A DNA stretch of 64,000 bases from Candidatus Latescibacterota bacterium (GTDB lineage: Bacteria; Latescibacterota; UBA2968; UBA8231), in assembly GCA_965242865.1 (NCBI GenBank), contig CBDETK010000013.1:3040001-3104000 (forward strand), in the 5' to 3' direction. The position numbers and the translations under genes were made by a program. Below are positions 55,891 to 64,000 of the stretch, piece by piece. Numbering within the stretch: position 1 is the first letter of the stretch; each line of letters starts with the position of its first letter. The notes beneath the pieces were generated by a model. That model had not been told where the DNA came from, made no database searches, and saw only the letters and a list, made by a program, of their open reading frames with translations.

Positions 55891-56556
55891 GTGAAATCAC
55901 TTGCCCTCCTGAGCTTTTGCGGCCTCCTCGCCTTGAGTGCCTGCAGCAACCCCTTTGGAGCTAAACAGCAAAAACGCGACGACATAGAGCCGGGGCGCCC
56001 CCCCGCCCCCGCGGCCACAACGCCCGAGCAGCTCATGGACAACCTCGACCGCGCCATGGAAACTCGCGACAAGGAGCTCTACGAGAGCTTGCTCGACCAA
56101 GACTTCTTGTTTACCGAGAAAAATTGTCTCCTCGAAGTGGCGTACTTCAACAACTTGGAGGAAGAACTGGCAATCATGGGCGGCAGCCGCGATGGGTCCC
56201 GGCCGGGTATTTTCGACATCTATCGCAATTTTAGTTACGACTTTGAGCAGATTCGCCGCGTTCAAGAACTTGGGGCCGAATACCCGGAAGCCTTTGACGG
56301 CGATCCCGACGGCCACCCAGACGAAGACTGGGAGGTCTTCTACGGCCGGGTGCAGATGACCTTGGTCGACGATAATGGCGATGGCTTCCGCGTGGATCAG
56401 AACATGACCTACAAGCTCCGCCTCGACCCAGAAAAGAACCTGTGGAAGATCGTCCGCTGGGAGAACGATGCCTTGACCGGCTCCTGCGGCGAGGCCGGCA
56501 AGCCCTTGGCAACCGCCTTTAGCTGGGCGGCACTAAAGCAGCAAGTCGCGCCCTGA
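55891..56556 (+). CDS. Hypothetical lipoprotein (possibly NTF2-like)
   Basis: Lipobox LSAC; TTPEQLMDNL...Y...QDFLF...WKIVRWE. Confidence 0.7.
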   Translation: MKSLALLSFCGLLALSACSNPFGAKQQKRDDIEPGRPPAPAATTPEQLMDNLDRAMETRDKELYESLLDQDFLFTEKNCLLEVAYFNNLEEELAIMGGSRDGSRPGIFDIYRNFSYDFEQIRRVQELGAEYPEAFDGDPDGHPDEDWEVFYGRVQMTLVDDNGDGFRVDQNMTYKLRLDPEKNLWKIVRWENDALTGSCGEAGKPLATAFSWAALKQQVAP

Positions 56557-56560
56557 GCCG

Positions 56561-57673
56561 ATGGGCAAACGCTTGGCCAAGCGCCAGCGCCATCCCGGCT
56601 GGCACTTGGCCTTGGGGGGTTTGTTGCTGACCAGCACCATCGCCTTTTTGCTCTATACGCCCGCGCCGGAACCAGCCAGCGACTTACCCATCATCGCGCC
56701 AGCCCCCGCGCCCGCACCCGCCCCAGCAGCCGACGCCAGCCAGCTAGCCGACGCGCTCTACGCTGGCATCGACAGCACCTTGGCCGATTTGGGCCTCTGG
56801 CCGGCGCTCTATTCCAAGAGCCGCGACCGCATTGAGGTCGGCGTCCCCGCCGACTTGCCCCTAGCCGAGGTGAACTTGCGGATCGCGCACTTTGTCCAGC
56901 GGCTCGGCGGCCAAGTCCTCAGTGCCCGCGAGCGGCAAGGGCGCGTCGAAATCCGCTGCGGCTTGGGCGAGGTGCAGACGACCCTCTTTAGCCTCGCTGC
57001 GGTAGCCGAGAGCCGCCGCACCGGCAACATTGCCATTGTCATTGACGACTTTGCCGACGGCCAGATCGCCGCGCACTTCTGCGCCATACCGCAGACCCTG
57101 ACCTTTTCGCTCTTGCCCGGCCCCGGCCCCGCCCACGCCCTCGCCGACCGGGTACACACCAACGGCCACGAGGTGTTAGTCCACCTGCCGATGGAACCCC
57201 GAGGGGGGGCATTTCCCGGGGTGAACGCCATTTTCGTGGACCTCAACGACGCGGAAATCCGCCGCCGAGTGCGCCGCGCCTTGCAGCGCGTACCCCACGC
57301 CCGGGGAGCCAACAACCACATGGGATCCAAGGCCACGGCCGACGAGCGAGTGATGCGCTTGGTGCTCTCCGAGCTAAAGGACCGCAACCTGCTCTTCCTC
57401 GACAGCCGCACCACGGCCTCGTCCGTCGCCTATCAACTAGCGGTAGATATGGATATTAGAGCCGTTAATCGCGACCTCTTTATCGACGAGGTCGCCGACG
57501 CCCAAACCATTCGGGCTAAGCTCTGGGAACTCGCCGCGCTCGCGGCTCAGTCGGGCCAAGCCATCGGCGTGGGGCACAACCGCCGAGAAACGCTCGTCGC
57601 TCTGTTGGCTGCGCTGCCCCAGCTAGAGCGCCGCGGCTTTCGCTTCGTCCCCGTCTCCCGGCTGCTGCCATGA
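56561..57673 (+). CDS. Divergent polysaccharide deacetylase (YibQ-like)
   Basis: IVIDD, HLPMEP, NNHMGS, FLDSRT. Confidence 0.9.
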   Translation: MGKRLAKRQRHPGWHLALGGLLLTSTIAFLLYTPAPEPASDLPIIAPAPAPAPAPAADASQLADALYAGIDSTLADLGLWPALYSKSRDRIEVGVPADLPLAEVNLRIAHFVQRLGGQVLSARERQGRVEIRCGLGEVQTTLFSLAAVAESRRTGNIAIVIDDFADGQIAAHFCAIPQTLTFSLLPGPGPAHALADRVHTNGHEVLVHLPMEPRGGAFPGVNAIFVDLNDAEIRRRVRRALQRVPHARGANNHMGSKATADERVMRLVLSELKDRNLLFLDSRTTASSVAYQLAVDMDIRAVNRDLFIDEVADAQTIRAKLWELAALAAQSGQAIGVGHNRRETLVALLAALPQLERRGFRFVPVSRLLP

Positions 57674-58815
57674 GCCCCGCGCCCTTCCACTTTGAGCTCG
57701 TCGCCCAAGACGCTGCAACCGGAGCGCGGGCGGGCGTCCTCCACACGCCCCACGGCGCCGTCCACACGCCGGTCTTTATGCCCGTCGGCACCCAAGCCAC
57801 AGTCAAGACCCTCGACCAACAGGACCTAATCGCCGCCCAAGCGCAGATCATCCTCGGCAACGCCTACCACCTCTACCTGCGCCCCGGTCACCAACTCATC
57901 GACCGGCTGGGAGGACTCCACTCCTTTATGAGCTGGCCCAAGCCGATCCTCACCGACAGCGGCGGCTTCCAAGTCTTCAGCCTCAGCGACCGCAACGAGG
58001 TCACCGCCGATGGCGTGCGCTTCCAATCGCACTTGGACGGCTCTCACCACTTCTTCACCCCTGAGAAGGTCATGGAAATTGAGCATGGGCTCGGCGCCGA
58101 CATTATCATGGCTTTCGACGAATGCACGCCGTATCCCTGTGAGCGCACCTACGCGCAAGAGTCCATGCAGCGGACCGTGCGCTGGGCCGAGCGCTGCCTG
58201 AGCCGCCACCGAGAATTGGCGGCCGAGCGCGTCCACCGCCCCCCCCAAGCACTCTTTGGCATTGTCCAAGGCAGCGTCTATCCCGATTTGCGCCGCGAGT
58301 GCGCCCAAGCACTCGTGCAACTCAACCTGCCCGGCTATGCCATTGGCGGCCTAGCCGTAGGCGAGCCGCACGAGGACCTGTTCGCGGTTGTGCGCCAGAC
58401 TACCCCCCACCTGCCCACGGAAAAACCGCGCTACCTGATGGGCGTGGGCCTGCCGCACGACTTGGTCGAGGCCGTTGCGGCCGGCGTCGATATGTTTGAC
58501 TGCGTGGTCCCCACCCGCAATGCGCGCAATGGCACGGCCTTTACCCGCCGGGGCCGCCTGCGCCTCAAAAACGCCAGCCACGCCCAAGACCCCCAACCGC
58601 TCGCCGCGGATTGCGCTTGCGCCACGTGCCGTCACTACAGCCGGGCGTACTTGCGCCATCTCTTCCAGACCAACGAAGTGCTCGGCCCGCGCCTAGCCAC
58701 CTTCCACAACGTCTTTTTCTTTCAGCAGCTAATGAGCGAGATGCGCGACGCGATTCTCCGCGGGCACTTTGCGGCCTATCAGGCGGAATTTCTCGCCGGC
58801 TACCAAAGCCGCTAA
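57670..58815 (+). CDS. tgt: tRNA-guanine transglycosylase
   Basis: FMPVGT, TDSGGFQVFSL, GIVQG, DMFDCV, CxCxxC. Confidence 0.97.
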   Translation: MSPAPFHFELVAQDAATGARAGVLHTPHGAVHTPVFMPVGTQATVKTLDQQDLIAAQAQIILGNAYHLYLRPGHQLIDRLGGLHSFMSWPKPILTDSGGFQVFSLSDRNEVTADGVRFQSHLDGSHHFFTPEKVMEIEHGLGADIIMAFDECTPYPCERTYAQESMQRTVRWAERCLSRHRELAAERVHRPPQALFGIVQGSVYPDLRRECAQALVQLNLPGYAIGGLAVGEPHEDLFAVVRQTTPHLPTEKPRYLMGVGLPHDLVEAVAAGVDMFDCVVPTRNARNGTAFTRRGRLRLKNASHAQDPQPLAADCACATCRHYSRAYLRHLFQTNEVLGPRLATFHNVFFFQQLMSEMRDAILRGHFAAYQAEFLAGYQSR

Positions 58816-58825
58816 GCGGACCGGC

Positions 58826-59389
58826 TCAGGCCGCTCGATCGCAGGGGGCGCATACTAGGGCGAATCGCCGCGCTCCGCCCATGTCGAGTTCGGTCGCAAA
58901 ATCCCGCTTGACTGGCACTTGCCGCGCTCCGCAGAAATCGCACTTGCCGCGCTCGGCATATTCGGGAATTGCCGCGCTCTCAAACTCGATCTGTTTGCGC
59001 TTGGCGCGCCCTTGGGAAAACAGCCGGGCAAAATTGAGCACTTGCTTGTCGGTCTCGCGCTCTAAGGTCCGCTCTATGATCGCGTCGAGCGCGGGGTCGT
59101 CGGGCTTACCGCCGTCTTCGAGCGTGTGCCAAGCGGCGCGGCGCACCCGCGCATCTTGGTCTTCGAGCATCCGATAGAGCGCCTTCCAGACCGCGCCGAT
59201 GCTCTGACGCACATGGCAGGGGCACAAAAAGGACGCGGCCTGCAGGCGATCGGCTGGGTCGGCGCTGCGCGACATCTGCAACAGCTCTTGAATCTCTTCG
59301 CGCCCCACGCGCAGCTCGCCTCGGCGGAACGCCGCCCGCTGATGCTTGTTTAGGCCCTTGGGCCGCGCCTTGGGTCGTTTTCTGCTCAT
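58826..59389 (-). CDS. HEAT-repeat protein with CPCH and C-terminal CxxC...CxxC
   Basis: LEDQDARVRRAA; CDFC...CAPC; RBS GAGGAGG. Confidence 0.7.
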   Translation of the reverse strand: MSRKRPKARPKGLNKHQRAAFRRGELRVGREEIQELLQMSRSADPADRLQAASFLCPCHVRQSIGAVWKALYRMLEDQDARVRRAAWHTLEDGGKPDDPALDAIIERTLERETDKQVLNFARLFSQGRAKRKQIEFESAAIPEYAERGKCDFCGARQVPVKRDFATELDMGGARRFALVCAPCDRAA

Positions 59390-59444
59390 GTCCAATCCTC
59401 CTCAGTTCCATCTTAATGACGCCCCTGCTGCAATGTCAACGGGT

Positions 59445-59473
59445 TTGACAAAGGCGTTCCCGCCTCGTACTCT
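59445..59473 (+). promoter_or_regulatory. Sigma70 promoter of yajC-fmt
   Basis: TTGACA-N17-TACTCT. Confidence 0.65.
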
Positions 59474-59572
59474 GAACGCCTTACCCTCGATCCCGGACGC
59501 AACGGGAACACCAAAAAAGGCGGCCTCAAAGCAAGGGTCGCGTACTTAGATTCTACGGAAAGGAATTGCTCC

Positions 59573-59920
59573 GTGTTCGATTTCATCGCCACTGCCTACG
59601 CTATGGGCGGCGCACCCGCCGAAGGCGGCGAACAGCCCAACGCCATCGTCCAGTTCCTCCCCTTTGTGCTGATGTTCTTGGTTCTCTACCTCTTGATATT
59701 GAGGCCGCAGATGAAAAAACAGCGGAACCAACAGCGGATGATCGACGAACTCGAAAAAAACGATAAAATCGTCACCAGCGGCGGAATTCACGGCACCATT
59801 CTCAACATCAAAGACGATATCCTCGTGGTCAAAATCGCCGACAACGTCAAGATCGAGATCTCGCGAGCGGCCGTTTCGCGCGTAAAAAACAAAGAAGACG
59901 CCGGCGGCAAGGGGAAGTAG
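59573..59920 (+). CDS. yajC: Preprotein translocase subunit YajC
   Basis: YLLILRPQ, VTSGGIHG. Confidence 0.95.
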   Translation: MFDFIATAYAMGGAPAEGGEQPNAIVQFLPFVLMFLVLYLLILRPQMKKQRNQQRMIDELEKNDKIVTSGGIHGTILNIKDDILVVKIADNVKIEISRAAVSRVKNKEDAGGKGK

Positions 59921-60837
59921 TGCGGCTCGTGTTTATGGGAACCCCTCGCTTTGCGGTTCCCTCCTTAACAGCCCTCGCCCAGAGCCGCCACCAGATCAGC
60001 GCCGTAGTCGCGAATCCCGACCGACCCCAAGGGCGAGGGCGTCGGCTTGCCAGCCCGCCGGTCAAAGAACAAGCACTAAAGCTCGGATTGGAAGTCCTGC
60101 AACCGGCCTCGGTCAAAGACCCCGCGCTAGCCGCAGCACTGGCCGCCCGAGCGCCCGACCTCTTGGTCGTCGTCGCCTTTTCAATCCTGCCCCGTCGCCT
60201 ACTCGCCATTCCTCGCCTCGGCTCAATCAATCTGCACCCCTCGCTCTTGCCAGCGTATCGCGGCGCGGCCCCCATTATCTGGGCGGTCGCCAACGGCGAG
60301 CAGGAGACCGGCATCACCACGTTCCAACTCAGCCCGCGCATGGACGCGGGGCATATCTTGCTCCAGCGCCGCTTTGCCATCGGCTGCGATGAGACAGCCG
60401 GTGAGCTGGAGGCCCGCTTGGGCGTGGCGGGTGCTCAGATGGTCGTGGAGACCGTGGATGGGCTAGCAGACGGCCGCCTCACCGGACGGCCCCAAAGCGC
60501 GGAGGGCGTCAGCTATGCCCCCAAGCTGACCAAAGAGGACAGCCGGATCGACTGGCGCCAACCAGCCGAGCGGGTCCGCAACCTCGTCCGCAGCATGAAT
60601 CCCGCGCCCGGGGCCTATACCCACTGGCAGGGCAAAACGCTCAAAGTACACCGGACTCAACGCGCTGCGGGCGGCGGTGCGCCCGGCACCGTACTCTGCG
60701 CCGATGGCCGCCGAGGTTTAACCGTGGCCTGCGGCGAGGGTGCCCTCCAACTAACCCAAGTACAACCGGCGGGCCGAGCCGCCATGGAAGGGACGGCCTT
60801 TGTACGGGGCTACCCGATTGTGGCTCGGCTGGGCTAG
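59920..60837 (+). CDS. fmt: Methionyl-tRNA formyltransferase
   Basis: FMGTP, NLHPSLLPAYRGAAPI, MDAG. Confidence 0.96.
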   Translation: MRLVFMGTPRFAVPSLTALAQSRHQISAVVANPDRPQGRGRRLASPPVKEQALKLGLEVLQPASVKDPALAAALAARAPDLLVVVAFSILPRRLLAIPRLGSINLHPSLLPAYRGAAPIIWAVANGEQETGITTFQLSPRMDAGHILLQRRFAIGCDETAGELEARLGVAGAQMVVETVDGLADGRLTGRPQSAEGVSYAPKLTKEDSRIDWRQPAERVRNLVRSMNPAPGAYTHWQGKTLKVHRTQRAAGGGAPGTVLCADGRRGLTVACGEGALQLTQVQPAGRAAMEGTAFVRGYPIVARLG

Positions 60838-61258
60838 CCTGCTCCTCGTCCTGTTCGCCGGGCGACCGGCCGCCGCGACCGAGGCCGCGACCGATTCGAC
60901 TCGCACCGACGCGCAGCCTTCGGCGCAAGGCGCGCTCCTGCGCTCGGCCGTGTTGCCCGGCTGGGGACAGTTTTACAACGACCGCCCGGTCAAGGGGCTG
61001 TTTTTCGGTGCGGCTAGCGCGACCGCCCTCGCCGCGGTGGTGGTCGAACAGCACCGCATCCGCCCCTCGCGTACGCCCGAGCAACACCAAGCCCACATCA
61101 GCCGCCGCAACAGCCGCCTGCTCTATTTCGCGCTCTCGGTCGCCTTGGCCGCGACCGACGCCTATGTCGATGCCCACCTCGCAAACTTTGGGGCCGAGGT
61201 GCAAGTGGAGCTGCGACACCGCGCCGCGTGGCTCAGCCTGAAAGCAGCCGTGCCGTAG
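60800..61258 (+). CDS. DUF5683-like membrane protein
   Basis: SAVLPGWGQFYN, DAYVDAHL; start uncertain. Confidence 0.75.
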   Translation: MYGATRLWLGWASLLLVLFAGRPAAATEAATDSTRTDAQPSAQGALLRSAVLPGWGQFYNDRPVKGLFFGAASATALAAVVVEQHRIRPSRTPEQHQAHISRRNSRLLYFALSVALAATDAYVDAHLANFGAEVQVELRHRAAWLSLKAAVP

Positions 61259-61318
61259 GTGGCTGGCCTCCACTCCTTGACGATGTAGAGGCAGATTGCT
61301 TATCTTCTTTGCTCTTGT

Positions 61319-61394
61319 GGGGCTGTAGCTCAGTTGGGAGAGCGCCTGAATGGCATTCAGGAGGTCAGGGGTTCGATTCCCCTCAGCTCCACCA
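61319..61394 (+). tRNA. tRNA-Ala(GGC)
   Basis: GGGGCTGTAGCTCAG...CCTGA-ATGGCAT-TCAGG...GGTTCGATTCCC...CTCCACCA; 76 nt; upstream TTGACG-N18-TATCTT. Confidence 0.97.
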
Positions 61395-61526
61395 TGATAA
61401 GCGGTCAGGTAGCAAAGGGTTTACGACATGCCGTCGCAGACCCTTTTTTTCGGATTGCCCTACTGCGGACATGCCCGGCCTCGGCTGTTTTCGCTGAAAC
61501 TTCTCTAATAGCACCTTAAAAACGGA

Positions 61527-64000
61527 ATGGATTCGGCCCATTCACTCGATCCCATCGTTCGCCTAACCGCGCAGACGCATAGCTTCAAAGAGGTCTCGGC
61601 CCGGCTTGCGAATGGCGAGCAACCCATCCTGTTCCACGGGTTGCCCACAACCCTCGCCGCGTTTCTCGCCAGTCACCTTCGCACGGCCTTTGAACGCCCG
61701 GTCCTCATCGTCGCGGCCGACGAAGACCGCGCCGAGCAGTGGCGCGACGACCTCCAAGTCATTGCGGGCGAGCAGATGGTCTATTACTTCCCCGCTTGGG
61801 ACACTGGCATCTACGACCGGCAGTCCCCGGACCTCGAAATCACCAGCTTGCGCGTGGCCGTGGCCGACCGGCTCATGCGCGGCGGACCGGCCCTTGTCGT
61901 CGCCCCGGCCTCGGCTCTGCTCGAGCCGCTCATTCCGCCCCATGCCCTCGAATTGGGCACTGAGCTCCTCAAGGTAGGGGAGGAACGCGATCTCGACGCC
62001 CTCTGCTCGCACTGGGTCGCCTGTGGCTTTGATCGCGTCGCGGCCATCGACGGCATCGGTCAGTTCAGCCTGCGCGGCGGCATCCTCGACATATACCCTT
62101 TCGGGGTTGAGCACCCCTACCGCTGCGAGTTCTTCGGCGATGAAATCGAATCCATCCGCCACTTTGACGTCAGCACTCAGCGCTCGCTGAGCACCTGCGA
62201 AGAGGCTTGGGTGCTGCCGGCGTGCGAGGTGCTGCTCGATTCCCCGTTTTACGAAGACTATCTCCAGCGGATTGAGGCCGCGGGCGCGGCCAAAGCCCTC
62301 GCTCCGCTAAAAGACCAGTTGGAGTTCGGCGAGTCGCTCGACGGCATTGAGTGCTACATCTCCGTACTTTACGGCCGCGACGCCGGGCTTTTCGAATACC
62401 TCAAAGAGCCGGTGCTCTTTTTGGAGGAACGCGAGGACCTCGCCGCGGCCCTCGACAAGGCCCTAGCAAAGCCGCGCCAAGAATACGAACGGGCGCGGTC
62501 AAAAGAAGCGCGGCTGCCTCCGTCAGCACTCCTGCGCGACCGGGATTGGCTCCTCGCGCAGCTCGACAACCACCCCCGGCTCGAGCCAGCCCCCTTGGGC
62601 CAGCTCGCCGACGCCATCCGCTTTGAAGCCACCAAGCCGCGCATCTTTGCCGGCGAGCGCGCCCTCCTCCAGCGGGAAATGGACCGACTCGCCACTGAGT
62701 CCTACGCCATCCACATCCGCTGCGAGACCCAAGGACAGGCGAGCCGCTTGCGAGAAATTTTCGCCGATTGCCACGAGATCCACTTAGGGCTTGGCTCGCT
62801 ACATCAGGGGTTCGTCTTTCCGCAAGCCCAGCTAGCCCTGCTCAACGACCACGAAATCTTCAGCCGCCAGAAGCGCCGCTACCGCTACCGTCGGTTCCGC
62901 TCGGCCAAGTCCATCGCCAACTACGGCGCCTTGCAGCGCGGCGATTTCGTCGTTCACATCGACCACGGCATTGGCCGCTACTCGGGCATCCGCCGCCTGC
63001 GAATCAGCGGACGCGAGCACGATTGCCTCGTGGTGGCCTATCAGGACCAAGACCGCGTCTTTGTCCCGGTCGAACAGCTCGACCGCTTGCGCAAGTACTC
63101 CAGCGCCGACGGCGAGATACCCCTGCTCAACAAGCTGGGCAGTGCTGCGTGGGAAAAACTCAAGGAGCGCACGCGCAAAGAGATCTTCAAAATGGCCAGC
63201 GAGCTGGTGCATCTCTACGCCGAGCGCAAGGCAAGGCCCGGCTTTGTGTTCTCGGCCGATGGTGCGCTGCACCGCGAGTTGGAGGCGGCCTTTCCCTTCC
63301 AAGAGACGCCCGACCAGTTGCGCACCATGGAAGAGGTCAAAAAGGACATGGAAACGCCGCACCCGATGGATCGCTTAGTCTGCGGCGACGTGGGCTATGG
63401 CAAGACCGAAATCGCCGTGCGCGCGGCCTTCAAGGCCGTCTGCGACCACAAGCAGACGGCCGTGCTGGTGCCCACCACCATTCTCGCCGAGCAGCACCAC
63501 CAGACCTTTTCGGAGCGCATGGGGCACACCCCGGCGCGCGTCGAGGTGCTCAGCCGCTTCCGCTCGCCCAAGGAGCAGCAGCAGATCCTCCGCGACGTCA
63601 AAAACGGCCAAGTCGATGTGCTCATCGGCACCCACCGCATCCTCTCCAAGGACATTCGCTTCCGCGACTTAGGGCTGCTGGTCGTCGATGAGGAGCAGCG
63701 CTTTGGGGTCCGCCACAAGGAACGGCTCAAGCAACTAAAGCGACTCGTCGATGTGCTGACCCTGACGGCGACCCCAATTCCGCGCACCTTGCACATGTCG
63801 ATGATGGGCGCTCGGGACATGTCGGTGATCAACACCCCGCCGCAGGACCGCCTGCCCATTCACACCGAGATACTCGCTTTTGACGAGGCCCGCATTGCCG
63901 AGGCCATCCACCGCGAGGTCGAGCGCGGCGGTCAAGTCTATTTCGTCCACAACCGAGTGCAGTCGATTCAGCGGCTCGCGGAATATCTGCAAGACCTCCT
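61527..64000 (+). CDS. mfd: Transcription-repair coupling factor (runs off the window; absent from the ORF track)
   Basis: Manual translation: RGGILDIYP, VHIDHGIGRY, ETPDQ, CGDVGYGKTE, DEEQRFGV, TATPIPRT. Confidence 0.96.
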   Translation, partial: MDSAHSLDPIVRLTAQTHSFKEVSARLANGEQPILFHGLPTTLAAFLASHLRTAFERPVLIVAADEDRAEQWRDDLQVIAGEQMVYYFPAWDTGIYDRQSPDLEITSLRVAVADRLMRGGPALVVAPASALLEPLIPPHALELGTELLKVGEERDLDALCSHWVACGFDRVAAIDGIGQFSLRGGILDIYPFGVEHPYRCEFFGDEIESIRHFDVSTQRSLSTCEEAWVLPACEVLLDSPFYEDYLQRIEAAGAAKALAPLKDQLEFGESLDGIECYISVLYGRDAGLFEYLKEPVLFLEEREDLAAALDKALAKPRQEYERARSKEARLPPSALLRDRDWLLAQLDNHPRLEPAPLGQLADAIRFEATKPRIFAGERALLQREMDRLATESYAIHIRCETQGQASRLREIFADCHEIHLGLGSLHQGFVFPQAQLALLNDHEIFSRQKRRYRYRRFRSAKSIANYGALQRGDFVVHIDHGIGRYSGIRRLRISGREHDCLVVAYQDQDRVFVPVEQLDRLRKYSSADGEIPLLNKLGSAAWEKLKERTRKEIFKMASELVHLYAERKARPGFVFSADGALHRELEAAFPFQETPDQLRTMEEVKKDMETPHPMDRLVCGDVGYGKTEIAVRAAFKAVCDHKQTAVLVPTTILAEQHHQTFSERMGHTPARVEVLSRFRSPKEQQQILRDVKNGQVDVLIGTHRILSKDIRFRDLGLLVVDEEQRFGVRHKERLKQLKRLVDVLTLTATPIPRTLHMSMMGARDMSVINTPPQDRLPIHTEILAFDEARIAEAIHREVERGGQVYFVHNRVQSIQRLAEYLQDL

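Noticed and set aside
61319-61526. tRNA-Ala as island attachment site
   Set aside because: No integrase or duplicated tRNA 3' end seen; mfd follows directly

Overview
GC-rich bacterial chromosomal window. FlgD-Ig/PorV-like genes, DUF4175/DUF58/MoxR, DUF6785 and an LRR-YWTD lipoprotein suggest an FCB-group organism such as Ca. Latescibacterota, possibly host-associated (inference only). The right two-thirds is mostly housekeeping: rib operon-nusB-secA, purC, rhamnulokinase, a sigma factor, tgt, yajC, fmt, tRNA-Ala(GGC) and partial mfd. The left 10.5 kb is a nested defence locus that begins at the sufB stop codon. On the minus strand it reads: Swt1-like HEPN/DUF499 ATPase > AT-rich CBASS (patatin, SMODS CD-NTase, E2-like/SEC-C) > PIN-toxin remnant > 69-aa protein + ClpP-fold serine protease > DUF1156 DNA methyltransferase > GIY-YIG nuclease. 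The 14-18.7 kb region is a mosaic accretion hotspot with three separate duplications, REP-like palindromes and many toxin-antitoxin gene scraps. A TATAG-ended MITE-like element supplies start and stop codons to host genes. No database searches were run; all family calls come from motif recognition.
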